A stretch of DNA of 32,000 nucleotides, taken from NCBI RefSeq assembly GCF_000014785.1, contig NC_008340.1, positions 3,030,001-3,062,000 on the forward strand, written 5' to 3'. The notes under the pieces were generated by a model. The model worked only from the letters and a program-made list of their open reading frames with translations, did not search any database and had not been told where the DNA came from. The translations under genes were made by a program, and so were the position numbers. Shown here piece by piece: positions 15,707 to 24,896 of this stretch; position 1 is the first letter of the stretch, and every line of letters starts with the position of its first letter. The DNA is from Alkalilimnicola ehrlichii MLHE-1. Lineage in GTDB: Bacteria > Pseudomonadota > Gammaproteobacteria > Nitrococcales > Halorhodospiraceae.

Positions 15707-18172
15707 ATGCGTCTTATTGCCCCGCCCTTCCGCCTCCTGAGCGTTGGCCTGATCCTCCTCCTCATGGCCCTGCTCACCGCCTGCGGCGGCGGGAGCTCCA
15801 GCACCGACGACACCTCCGAGGACACTTACGCGGTCGGCGGCACCCTCACCGGGCTTGAGCAGGGCCACACCATCACCCTGCAACTGAACGGCGCTAGTGA
15901 CCTGACGCTGGACCACACCGCCAACGACAACCCCTACAGCTTTGCTGTCAAACTGCCCCACGGCAGCGCCTACGAGGTGACCCTCCCCGCCGAACCGCCG
16001 CAGCACCACTGCACCATCCACAACGCCACCGGCACGGTGGATGGCGCAGTGATGAACGTGGATGTCGAGTGCACCGCCTTTCCCGTTCTCGCCGCGGGTG
16101 GTGTGCACACCCTGGCGATGAAGGCTGATGGCACCCTCTGGGCCTGGGGTCAGAACAACGTGGGGCAGCTCGGTCTGGGCGATACCGAAAAGCGCGATAC
16201 ACCGGCGCAGGTGGGCAGTGACACCGACTGGGCCGCGGTGAGCGCAGGGGGTGCCTACACCCTGGCCGTCAAGGACGACGGCACCCTCTGGGCCTGGGGC
16301 GAGAACTACTTCGGCCAGCTCGGCCTGGGCGATACCGACGACCGCCACGCGCCGGAGCAGGTGGGCAGCGACAGCGACTGGGTCGCAGTCAGCGCGGGGC
16401 GGCACCACACCCTGGCCCTCAAGGCCGATGGCACCCTCTGGGCCTGGGGCAGGAATTACTTCGGCCAGCTCGGTCTGGGGGGGACCACCAATCGCAATGC
16501 GCCGGAGCAGGTGGGCAGTCACAGCGACTGGGCCGGAGTGATCGGGGGCGACCGACACAGCCTGGCTGTCAGGGAAGACGGCACCCTCTGGTCCTGGGGT
16601 CAGAACAACGTGGGGCAGCTCGGCCTGGGTGATACCGTTGAGCGCCGAAGGCCGGAGCAGGTGGGCAACGACAGCGACTGGGCCACAGTGAGTGCGGGCT
16701 TGCTTCACACCCTGGCCGTCAAGAACGACGGCACCCTTTGGGCCTGGGGCGGGAACGGCTTCGGCCAGCTCGGCCTGGGCGATACCGACAACCGCGATGC
16801 CCCGGTGCAGGTGGGCAGCGACAACGACTGGGCCGCACTGAACGCGGGCCAGCGCTACAGCCTGGCCGTCAAGAACGATGGCAGCCTATGGTCCTGGGGC
16901 TGGAACGACTTCGGCGAACTCGGCCTGGGCGACACCGACGACCGTCATGCACCGGAGCAGGTGGGCGGCGGCATGGAGTGGGCCGCAGTAACCGCGGGCA
17001 TGTACCACACCCTGGGCGTCAAGGCCGACGGCACCCTCCGGGCCTGGGGCCGGAATGACTTCGGCGAGCTTGGGCTGGGCGTCATGGTGTACATCACCTC
17101 GCCGCTTCAGACTGTCACCGAAGCCGACTGGGCCGCGGCAAGCGCGGGCCAATACCAGACCCAGGCGGTCAAGGCTGACGGCAGCCTCTGGGGCTGGGGC
17201 CGGAACCACTCCGGCCAGCTCGGCCTGGGCGACACCGACGACCGTCATGCACCGGTACAGGTGGGGGGTGACAGCGACTGGACCTCATTGAGTGTGGGCC
17301 GGGAACACACCCTGGCCGTCAAGGCCGATGGCACGCTCTGGGGGTGGGGACAGAACTACAATGGGCAACTGGGCCTGGGTGATACGGACGACCGCAAAAC
17401 CCCGGAGCGGGTGGGTAGCGACAGCGACTGGGCCACAGTGAGTGCGGGCACGGGGTACACCCTGGCGGTCAAGGACGACGGCACGCTCTGGGCCTGGGGC
17501 CGGAACAGCCATGGCCAGCTCGGTCTGGGCGATACCAACAACCGGGATGCGCCGGTACAGGTGGCTAGTGATAACGACTGGGCCGCAGTGAGTGCGGGCA
17601 GTCGGCACACCCTGGCGGTCAAGAACGACGGCACGCTCTGGGCCTGGGGCCGGAACAGTGATGGCCAGCTCGGCCTGGGCGATACCGACAACCGCGATGT
17701 GCCGGAGCAGGTGGGCAGCGACACTGACTGGGCCGCAGTAAGCACCGGCAGTGGCCACACCCTGGCGGTCAAGACCGACGGCACGCTCTGGGCCTGGGGC
17801 CGGAACAGTGATGGCCAGCTCGGTTTGGGCGACACCGACGAGCGCCACGCCCCGGAGCAGGTGGGCGGTGACAGCGACTGGGCTGCAGTGACGGCGGGCT
17901 GGCAACACACCCTGGCCATCAAGAACGACGGAACGCTTTGGGGATGGGGGCTGAACCTCTACGGCCAGCTCGGGCTGGGCGATACCGACGGCCGCCACGC
18001 ACCAATGCAGGTGGGCAGCGACAGTGACTGGGCCACAGTGGCCGCGGGCAGGTACCACACCCTGGCCGTCAAAGACGACGGCACCCTCCGGGCCTGGGGC
18101 CGGAACCGTTTCGGCCAGCTCGGCCAGCGCACCTACCGGTTCGACCAGCCCCAGGAGGTGCCGGGGTGGTAG
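15707..18172 (+). CDS. Lipoprotein with N-terminal beta-sandwich-like module and 14 RCC1-type repeats (two 7-blade propellers), 821 aa
   Basis: ATG 15707 is preceded by GAGGAG at 6 nt. Signal peptide and lipobox: [25 protein letters not shown]|C. Fourteen 50-aa units have the consensus [48 protein letters not shown]. The 1033-aa ORF in the track is an out-of-context 5' extension overlapping the LuxR gene. Confidence 0.9.
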   Translation: MRLIAPPFRLLSVGLILLLMALLTACGGGSSSTDDTSEDTYAVGGTLTGLEQGHTITLQLNGASDLTLDHTANDNPYSFAVKLPHGSAYEVTLPAEPPQHHCTIHNATGTVDGAVMNVDVECTAFPVLAAGGVHTLAMKADGTLWAWGQNNVGQLGLGDTEKRDTPAQVGSDTDWAAVSAGGAYTLAVKDDGTLWAWGENYFGQLGLGDTDDRHAPEQVGSDSDWVAVSAGRHHTLALKADGTLWAWGRNYFGQLGLGGTTNRNAPEQVGSHSDWAGVIGGDRHSLAVREDGTLWSWGQNNVGQLGLGDTVERRRPEQVGNDSDWATVSAGLLHTLAVKNDGTLWAWGGNGFGQLGLGDTDNRDAPVQVGSDNDWAALNAGQRYSLAVKNDGSLWSWGWNDFGELGLGDTDDRHAPEQVGGGMEWAAVTAGMYHTLGVKADGTLRAWGRNDFGELGLGVMVYITSPLQTVTEADWAAASAGQYQTQAVKADGSLWGWGRNHSGQLGLGDTDDRHAPVQVGGDSDWTSLSVGREHTLAVKADGTLWGWGQNYNGQLGLGDTDDRKTPERVGSDSDWATVSAGTGYTLAVKDDGTLWAWGRNSHGQLGLGDTNNRDAPVQVASDNDWAAVSAGSRHTLAVKNDGTLWAWGRNSDGQLGLGDTDNRDVPEQVGSDTDWAAVSTGSGHTLAVKTDGTLWAWGRNSDGQLGLGDTDERHAPEQVGGDSDWAAVTAGWQHTLAIKNDGTLWGWGLNLYGQLGLGDTDGRHAPMQVGSDSDWATVAAGRYHTLAVKDDGTLRAWGRNRFGQLGQRTYRFDQPQEVPGW

Positions 18173-18187
18173 ACACAGGACGAGGGT

Positions 18188-18235
18188 CCTCACCGCTCGG
18201 CCGGGCTGGGCAAACCCCGCCCCCGAGCGGTGAGG
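18188..18235 (+). terminator. Long hairpin between the two RCC1 paralogs (terminator/attenuator or processing site)
   Basis: Perfect 13-bp stem CCTCACCGCTCGG (18188-18200) / CCGAGCGGTGAGG (18223-18235) with a 22-nt loop. No T-tract. Confidence 0.4.
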
Positions 18236-18321
18236 CCTCGAGTGAGATAAAACCCCCTGCGCGCCCGTCCCTCCGCGTCACAAAGCAGATCCCGAATGAT
18301 GCAAGCCCTGAGGAGCCCACC

Positions 18322-20778
18322 ATGCGTCTGATTGCCCCGCCCTTCCGCCTCCTGCACGTTGGCCTGATCCTCCTCCTCATGGCCCTGCTCACCGCCTGCG
18401 GGGGCGGAAGCTCCAGTACTGATGCCCCCTCCGAGGACACCTACCCGGTCGGCGGCACCCTGACCGGACTTGAGCAGGGCCACACCGTCACCCTGCAACT
18501 GAACGGCGCCAATGACCTGACGCTGGACCACACCGCCAACGACAATCCCTACAGCTTTGCTGTCAAACTGCCCCACGGCAGCGCCTACGAGGTGACCCTC
18601 CCGGCCGAACCGTCGCAACACCACTGCACCATCCACAACGCCACCGGCACCGTGGATGGTGCAGTGATGAACGTGGATGTCGAGTGCACCGCCTTTCCCG
18701 TTCTCGCCGCGGGTGACGACCACACGGTGGCCGTCAAGGCCGACGGCACACTGTGGGCCTGGGGCCGGAATGGCTACGGTCGGCTGGGTCTGGGCGATAC
18801 GGACGACCGCGATGTGCCGGAGCAGGTGGGTACCGACAGCGACTGGACGGCGGTGAGCGCGGGCAGGGATCACACGGTGGCCGTCAAGGCCAATGGCACC
18901 CTATGGGCCTGGGGCCGTTCGGGCCGGATCGGCCTGGGCGATAGCGGTGACCGGGACGAGCCGGAGCAAGTGGGCGTCGATAACGACTGGATTGCATTAA
19001 GCGCGGGGGGCAGCCATACCGTGGCCGTCAAGGCTGATGGCACGCTATGGGCCTGGGGCCGTAACAACGCCGGCCAACTCGGCCTGGGCGATACCAATCA
19101 TCACTATACGCCGACGCAGGTGGGTACCGACACCGACTGGGCCAAGAAGATAAGCGCCGGCCGACGTCACAGCCTGGCCGTCAAGGCCGATGGCAGCCTG
19201 TGGGCTTGGGGCGACAACGAATACGGCCAACTCGGGCTGGGCGATACCGACGAACGCCATGCGCCGGAGCAGGTGGGCAGCAACACCGACTGGGCCGCGA
19301 TAAGCGCCGGCCGACGTCACAGCCTGGCCGTCAAGGCCGACGGCAGCCTCTGGTCATGGGGTTACAACGATAGTGGCCAGCTCGGCTTGGGCGACACCGC
19401 TGACCGTAATGCACCGGAGCAGGTGGGTGCGGATACCGACTGGGACCTGGTGAGCGCGGGCGGGGAGCATTCCCTGGCCGTCAAAGCGGACGGCACCCTC
19501 ATGGTCTGGGGCTTGAATCATCTTGGTCAACTCGGTTTAGGGGATACGGTCAGCCGCGATGCACCGGTGCCGATAGCCAGCGGGATCGCGCTCGTTGCGG
19601 GCCGAAACCACACGGTGGCCGTCAATCCCGACGGCACCCTGCGGGCTTGGGGCGACAACGAATACGGCCAGCTCGGCCTGGGCGTCATGCGGTACATCGT
19701 CACGCCGAGCCAAACCGTCACCGGGTCCGCCTGGGCCGCGGTGAATGGCGGCTCGTTCAACCACAGCCTGGGGCTCAGGGACGACGGGACCCTCTGGGCC
19801 TGGGGCCGAAACAATTATGGCCAGCTCGGCTTGGGCGATACCGACGACCGCGCAACCCCGGAGCAGGTGGGCAGCCATACCGACTGGGCTGCGGTGAATG
19901 CAGCCTCGTACCACACTCTCGCCGTCAAGAATGACGGCACCCTTTGGGCGTGGGGCCGAAACAGCTCCGGCCAACTTGGCCTGAGCGACACGAATGACCG
20001 CCATACACCGGAGCGGGTGGGTAGCGACACTGACTGGGCCACAGTAAGTGTGGGGCAGTCCCACACCTCGGCCGTCAAGCCCGATGGCACCCTCTGGGCC
20101 TGGGGCTGGAACCATTACGGGCAACTGGGACTGGGCGACACCAGTGATCGCCTCTCGCCAGAGCAGGTAGGCGGCGAGAGTAACTGGCTCGCGGTGAGCA
20201 CGGGCTTACACCACACGGTGGCCGTCAAGACCGACGGCACGCTCTGGGCCTGGGGCTGGAATGTCCGTGGTCAGCTGGGTCTGGGCCACACCAGCGATCG
20301 CCACGCGCCGGTGCAGGTGGGTAGCGATACCGACTGGGCCGCAGTGAGCGCGAGCGGGTACCGCACCCTGGCGGTCAAGGCCGATGGCACCCTCTGGGCA
20401 TGGGGGGAGAACAACAACGGGCAACTGGGCCTTGGTGACACCGACAACCGCAACACGCCTGCTCAGGTAGGCAATGATGCCGACTGGGCGGCGGTGAGCA
20501 CGGGCTTATTCCACACGCTGGCCTTCAAAGAGGACGACACCCTCTGGGCCTGGGGGCGGAACCATGACGGCCAGCTTGGCCTGGGCGATACCGACAACCG
20601 CGATGCACCGGTGCAGGTGGGCAACGAGACTGACTGGTCCACAGTGAGTGGCGGTGGTTACCACACCCTGGCCACCATGTCAGACGGGACCCTGCGGGCC
20701 TGGGGCTTGAACACCAGCGGCCAACTCGGCCAGCGCACGATGTGGTTCGACCAGCCTCAGGAGGTGCCGGGGTGGTAG
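18322..20778 (+). CDS. Paralogous lipoprotein with N-terminal beta-sandwich-like module and 14 RCC1-type repeats, 818 aa
   Basis: ATG 18322 is preceded by GAGGAG. Signal peptide and lipobox: [25 protein letters not shown]|C. Same 14-unit architecture and the same C-terminus ([10 protein letters not shown]) as the upstream gene. Confidence 0.9.
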   Translation: MRLIAPPFRLLHVGLILLLMALLTACGGGSSSTDAPSEDTYPVGGTLTGLEQGHTVTLQLNGANDLTLDHTANDNPYSFAVKLPHGSAYEVTLPAEPSQHHCTIHNATGTVDGAVMNVDVECTAFPVLAAGDDHTVAVKADGTLWAWGRNGYGRLGLGDTDDRDVPEQVGTDSDWTAVSAGRDHTVAVKANGTLWAWGRSGRIGLGDSGDRDEPEQVGVDNDWIALSAGGSHTVAVKADGTLWAWGRNNAGQLGLGDTNHHYTPTQVGTDTDWAKKISAGRRHSLAVKADGSLWAWGDNEYGQLGLGDTDERHAPEQVGSNTDWAAISAGRRHSLAVKADGSLWSWGYNDSGQLGLGDTADRNAPEQVGADTDWDLVSAGGEHSLAVKADGTLMVWGLNHLGQLGLGDTVSRDAPVPIASGIALVAGRNHTVAVNPDGTLRAWGDNEYGQLGLGVMRYIVTPSQTVTGSAWAAVNGGSFNHSLGLRDDGTLWAWGRNNYGQLGLGDTDDRATPEQVGSHTDWAAVNAASYHTLAVKNDGTLWAWGRNSSGQLGLSDTNDRHTPERVGSDTDWATVSVGQSHTSAVKPDGTLWAWGWNHYGQLGLGDTSDRLSPEQVGGESNWLAVSTGLHHTVAVKTDGTLWAWGWNVRGQLGLGHTSDRHAPVQVGSDTDWAAVSASGYRTLAVKADGTLWAWGENNNGQLGLGDTDNRNTPAQVGNDADWAAVSTGLFHTLAFKEDDTLWAWGRNHDGQLGLGDTDNRDAPVQVGNETDWSTVSGGGYHTLATMSDGTLRAWGLNTSGQLGQRTMWFDQPQEVPGW

Positions 20779-20877
20779 GCCAATGACGAATGTCCGCAGC
20801 TATCGGGGGCTGGCGCTTCACCTGCGGTGTCCATCCAGGCTACATTCCCACGGAAATGCCGATTGGGAGACTTCTTA

Positions 20878-21393
20878 ATGAGCCAGGCGGAGTTCCAGCC
20901 CCTCAATATCGCAGTACTGACCGTGTCCGACACCCGCGACCTGGACAGCGACCGCTCCGGCCAAACGCTCGCCGAGCGCATCAAGGCGAGCGGCCACCGG
21001 CTGGCGGAGCGCTTGGTGGTGCCCGACTGCCGTTACCGGATCCGCGCCGAGCTGTCCCGGTGGATCGCCGACGAGGCGGTGCAGGCAGTGATCACCACCG
21101 GCGGCACCGGGGTGACCGGCCGCGACATCACGCCGGAGGCCGTCCGTCCGCTGCTGGATCTGGAGGTGGAGGGCTTCGGCGAGATGTTCCGCTGGCTCTC
21201 CCTGCAGGAGATCCGCACCTCCACGGTGCAGTCCCGGGCGCTCGGCGGTATCGCCAACGCCACGCTGATCTTCGTGCTCCCCGGCTCCACCGGGGCCTGC
21301 CGCACGGCCTGGGACGGCATTCTCAAGGACCAGCTCGACGCCCGCCACAAGCCCTGCAACTTCGTCACCCTGATGCCACGCATGCGGGAATAG
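20878..21393 (+). CDS. moaB: Molybdenum cofactor biosynthesis protein B
   Basis: Near-collinear with E. coli MoaB: [62 protein letters not shown] 20878 is preceded by GGGAGA. Confidence 0.9.
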   Translation: MSQAEFQPLNIAVLTVSDTRDLDSDRSGQTLAERIKASGHRLAERLVVPDCRYRIRAELSRWIADEAVQAVITTGGTGVTGRDITPEAVRPLLDLEVEGFGEMFRWLSLQEIRTSTVQSRALGGIANATLIFVLPGSTGACRTAWDGILKDQLDARHKPCNFVTLMPRMRE

Positions 21394-21473
21394 AACCCGC
21401 GCGCCTCAGGGTGTAAGCTTGCGCACCGCACCGCCCCCTGGGCGGCCCATGCACAAGCCCTGCGTAGCGGACC

Positions 21474-22595
21474 ATGTATTCGTCTCATACCGTGCCCCTC
21501 AACCAGCACCCGGATGGCGGCTGGACCCATCAGGTCCAGGCGGACAAGGCCTATCAGGACTCCGTCCTGCCGGGGGTCTCGCGCACCTTTGCCCTGACCA
21601 TCCCGCAGCTGCCCGAGTACCTGCGCGGGACGGTCACCAACGCCTACCTGCTCTGCCGCATCGCCGATACCATCGAAGACCACCTCCCCGGTGACAGCGT
21701 GGCCAAGGCGGAGTGGTTCAAGCGCCTGGACATTGCCCTGCGCGGCCAGGAGCCGGCGGAGCCCTTCGGCCGCGAGCTCGCGCGGATGTTCCCGCGCCAA
21801 TCCACCCCGCGCACGGAGCTGGAACTGGTTCGCAACACCCACCGGGTGTTGCGGGTCACCCGCGCCTTGCCCGCCTGGCAACGCCGCTCCGTGGTCCGCT
21901 GCGTGCGGGTGCTCGCCAAGGGAATGGCCCGTTTCCAGGCCAACAAACGGCCGGACGGGCTGGCGGATATGGCCGCCTTCGATGACTATTGCTACCACGT
22001 GGCCGGTGTGGTCGGCGAGATGCTGACCGTGCTCTTCTGCGGCTATTCCACCGTGATGGGGCGCCACCGCCAGGAGCTGATGCGCATGTCACTCTCTTTC
22101 GGCCAGGCGCTGCAGATGACCAACATCCTGAAGGATGTCTGGAACGACCGCGAACGGGGGGTCTGCTGGCTACCGCGCGACATCTTTGCCGGGGCCGGTT
22201 GCCCGCTGGACGCCGATGCCGACTGGGCCGGTGACCCCCACTTCCACGAGGGCATGCGCCGCATGGTGGCCATCGCTCGCGGGCACCTGGATCGCGGTTT
22301 CGAGTACGTACTGCAGATCCCGGTCAGCGAGCCGGGTATCCGGCGGTTCTGCATCTGGGCCCTGGGCATGGCCGCCCTGACCCTGGGCAACATCCACCGC
22401 CACCCGCAGTTCCGTGACCCGGCCGAGATCAAGATCAGCCGGCGCACGGTCCGCGGGCTGATGACCATCACCCCGGCGCTGGTCCGTCGCGACTGGCTGC
22501 TGAAGGCCAGCTATGCGGCGGCCACCCGGCGCCTGCCCCCGGCCGATGTCCGCCCCGCCCACAACCCCGCCCATGGTGGCCCGGCCGGTCGCTGA
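21474..22595 (+). CDS. Squalene/phytoene synthase family protein, squalene-synthase (SQS/ERG9)-like, 373 aa
   Basis: VSRTFALTIPQLP..AYLLCRIADTIED (first Asp-rich DTxED motif), YCYHVAGVVGEML, and QMTNILKDVWNDRERG (second Asp-rich motif). The length is typical of SQS-type rather than HpnC/HpnD-type enzymes. Confidence 0.8.
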   Translation: MYSSHTVPLNQHPDGGWTHQVQADKAYQDSVLPGVSRTFALTIPQLPEYLRGTVTNAYLLCRIADTIEDHLPGDSVAKAEWFKRLDIALRGQEPAEPFGRELARMFPRQSTPRTELELVRNTHRVLRVTRALPAWQRRSVVRCVRVLAKGMARFQANKRPDGLADMAAFDDYCYHVAGVVGEMLTVLFCGYSTVMGRHRQELMRMSLSFGQALQMTNILKDVWNDRERGVCWLPRDIFAGAGCPLDADADWAGDPHFHEGMRRMVAIARGHLDRGFEYVLQIPVSEPGIRRFCIWALGMAALTLGNIHRHPQFRDPAEIKISRRTVRGLMTITPALVRRDWLLKASYAAATRRLPPADVRPAHNPAHGGPAGR

Positions 22596-22598
22596 GCC

Positions 22599-23480
22599 AT
22601 GACGGACGCCCGCCCCGACCCCATTCGCGAGGCCATCGCCCGGGTGCTTGGCGTGCCGGCGGCCGAGCTGCGCCTGCAGGGGGTGGGCGGCGGCTGCGTC
22701 AGTGACACCGCACGGGTCCATGCCGGCGGTCGCACCGCCTTCCTGAAGCGCGAACCCGCCAGTCGGGGCTGGCAGCTCGCCGCCGAGGCCGAGGGGCTGG
22801 AGGCGCTGGCCGCCGCCGGCGCCCTGCGCGTCCCCCGGCCGTTGTCCCAGGACGAGGCCGACGGTCAGGCCTGGCTGCTGATGGAGTACCTGGAGATCGA
22901 GCGCGCCGGGGACTGGGCCGCCATGGGCCGGGCCCTGGCCGCCACCCATGCCGCGACGGCGGACCGGCACGGCTGGCACCGGGACAACGCCCTAGGCGGC
23001 ACCCCGCAGGACAACACCCGTGAGGCCGACTGGGCCCTATTCTTCCGTGACCGGCGGCTGCGCCCGCAACTGGCACTGGCCGCGGCCAACGGCCACGACG
23101 GCCCCTGGCTGGAGCGCGGCGCCCGGCTGGCCGAGCGGCTGCCATCCCTGCTGGACCACGCTCCGGCCCCCTCGCTGTTACACGGGGACTTCTGGGGCGG
23201 CAACGCCGGGTTCTGCGCCGGCCGGCCCGCCACCTGGGACCCGGCGGTACACTACGGCGACCGCGAGTGCGATCTGGCCATGGCGGCCCTGTTCGGCGGC
23301 TTCGGCCCGGCCTTCCGGCACGCTTACCAGGCGGAGTGGCCGCTGCCGCCGGGCCATGAGCTGCGCCAGGAGCTCTACCAGCTCTACCACATCCTCAACC
23401 ACCTCAACCTGTTCGGGGCGGCCTATCTGGGCAGCGCGCGGCGCCTGATCGACCGGCTGCTGGCCGCCGGCAACGGTTGA
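22599..23480 (+). CDS. Fructosamine/ketosamine-3-kinase family protein
   Basis: LLMEYLE and LLHGDFWGGNAGF (family LLHGDLWSGN catalytic block), 293 aa. Starts 3 nt after the SQS-like stop codon. Confidence 0.85.
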   Translation: MTDARPDPIREAIARVLGVPAAELRLQGVGGGCVSDTARVHAGGRTAFLKREPASRGWQLAAEAEGLEALAAAGALRVPRPLSQDEADGQAWLLMEYLEIERAGDWAAMGRALAATHAATADRHGWHRDNALGGTPQDNTREADWALFFRDRRLRPQLALAAANGHDGPWLERGARLAERLPSLLDHAPAPSLLHGDFWGGNAGFCAGRPATWDPAVHYGDRECDLAMAALFGGFGPAFRHAYQAEWPLPPGHELRQELYQLYHILNHLNLFGAAYLGSARRLIDRLLAAGNG

Positions 23481-24101
23481 TCAGTCCGCCGCCCGGGCCC
23501 GACCCTCGTACATGTAGGTCAGCAGCCGGGGCCCCGTGGGGAAAAAACCGGTCTCCAGCCCCTCCAAGCACAGGCCCGAGCTCTCCACCGCCCTATCCAC
23601 CGCCCGGTTGAGGTTGCAGCCCCCGGCCAGCCGGCGCCAGACCGGGTTGAGCCGGTGCTGCCAACGGCGCAGCCCCGGCGTTGGCCCCAGGCCGTGCTCA
23701 ACAAACAGGAAGTGACCGCCGGGGCGCAGCACCCGCCGCACCTCGGACAGCGTCCGAGCCAGATCATCCACGCTGCACAGCGTCCAGGTGCTGACCACGG
23801 TGTCGACGCTGGCATCTGGCAGCGGGATCGCCTCCGCCCCCACCTGAAGGGGGGCCAATGGCAGACCCAGCTCCGCCGCCCGGGCCCGTGCCCGGTCGAT
23901 CAGCCAGGCGGACGGCTCCACCGCCGTTACCCGGGTGACGGCACGGGGGTAATAGGGCAGATTGGCGCCAGCACCCGCGCCCAGTTCCAACACATGGCCA
24001 CGGGCCTCCGCCAGGGCCCGGCGCCGATAGGGCAAAAATTGGGGGTTCCGCATGCAGAGCGCTGTCAGGCGCGGACAACACCAATCCCGATAAAGTCCCA
24101 T
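23481..24101 (-). CDS. Class I SAM-dependent methyltransferase (Methyltransf_11-like), 206 aa
   Basis: Motif I VLELGAGAGANL, then DTVVSTWTLCSV and LRPGGHFLFVEHG. Start at ATG 24101 (M34 of the track ORF). Confidence 0.8.
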   Translation of the reverse strand: MGLYRDWCCPRLTALCMRNPQFLPYRRRALAEARGHVLELGAGAGANLPYYPRAVTRVTAVEPSAWLIDRARARAAELGLPLAPLQVGAEAIPLPDASVDTVVSTWTLCSVDDLARTLSEVRRVLRPGGHFLFVEHGLGPTPGLRRWQHRLNPVWRRLAGGCNLNRAVDRAVESSGLCLEGLETGFFPTGPRLLTYMYEGRARAAD

Positions 24102-24204
24102 GGTGGCTTCCACCTCTCCCGGGTCTTGAAACGACGACGGGCCGGCATGCAGCCGGCCCGTTCGGGGCATCATCAGGCCAAGGCGCCCACCGGCGCCCAA
24201 CGCC

Positions 24205-24699
24205 TTAGTGGGTGGGCGTCCGGCGGCGCGGCAGGTGGCCCTCGTCGGCCAACCGCTGGTGCAACTGGGTGGTGTTCAGGCGGGTGAGGTCCTTCGGGAC
24301 CTCGCGCAGCTCCAGGTTACCGTGCAGGCGACCATTCATGCTCGGGCGCAGAAAACCCAGCATGCGCTTCTCGGCGCACAATACCACGCGCCGGGTACCG
24401 TTCTTGGCGGTCATCTGGTTGAGGGTGTCTGCGATATCCTTCGCAAAGCGACGCTCCATCTCATCGTCGTGGTTCTTCCGGTGCTCGTCGTACCCGTGGG
24501 CGTTACCGCTGGGGGATCGGTTTCTGCCGCGGCGGATGTCGCTCCAGACAGCCTCTTCATGGGCCTGATGCTCGGTGTTGGTCAACGCTTGTCGCTCCAC
24601 CAGATTCGGCCCCCCCTCCATCTCCGGCACCTCTGCCGGCTCCAGGGTGAAGAACCGGGCGCGTGAGCCCTGGGCAACCACAACGCAGTACTCGCTCAT
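24205..24699 (-). CDS. Host_attach-family protein (protein required for attachment to host cells family), 164 aa
   Basis: N-terminal VVVAQGSRARFF, a central conserved acidic/His-rich region, and C-terminal EVPKDLTRLNTTQLHQRL. This matches my recollection of Pfam Host_attach members. GGGAGA lies upstream of ATG 24699. Confidence 0.65.
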   Translation of the reverse strand: MSEYCVVVAQGSRARFFTLEPAEVPEMEGGPNLVERQALTNTEHQAHEEAVWSDIRRGRNRSPSGNAHGYDEHRKNHDDEMERRFAKDIADTLNQMTAKNGTRRVVLCAEKRMLGFLRPSMNGRLHGNLELREVPKDLTRLNTTQLHQRLADEGHLPRRRTPTH

Positions 24700-24896
24700 G
24701 AGGCAATCTCCCTCGGCTGGGACACACTTCGCAAGTCACTCCCACCCGGCGCCGGCGTGCCGTGTCGTTCGGCACAACGAAAGCACCCCACGCCCACGAC
24801 GGAACGGAGTGACGAAAAGACGGTCTGCACTTACCATTATAGAGAGGCTGGCCACGAAGTCAGCCGCTGCGACAATCAGGCCTCGGAGGGCAATAA

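Larger units (their letters stand above)
15659..20778 (+). repeat. Tandem duplication unit (leader + RCC1 lipoprotein gene) x2
   Basis: Similarity starts at AGTGTGATAAATCC (15659-15672) versus AGTGAGATAAAACC (18241-18254). It continues through GATCCCGGATGATGCAA..GAGGAGCTCACCATG versus GATCCCGAATGATGCAA..GAGGAGCCCACCATG and runs to the stop codons. Confidence 0.85.

Noticed and set aside
15641-18193. Antisense ORFs within the RCC1 genes (15641-16708, 17285-18193, 18190-18873, 19537-20124; all minus strand)
   Set aside because: They are periodic artefacts of the 150-nt repeat read on the other strand and have no independent start signals.
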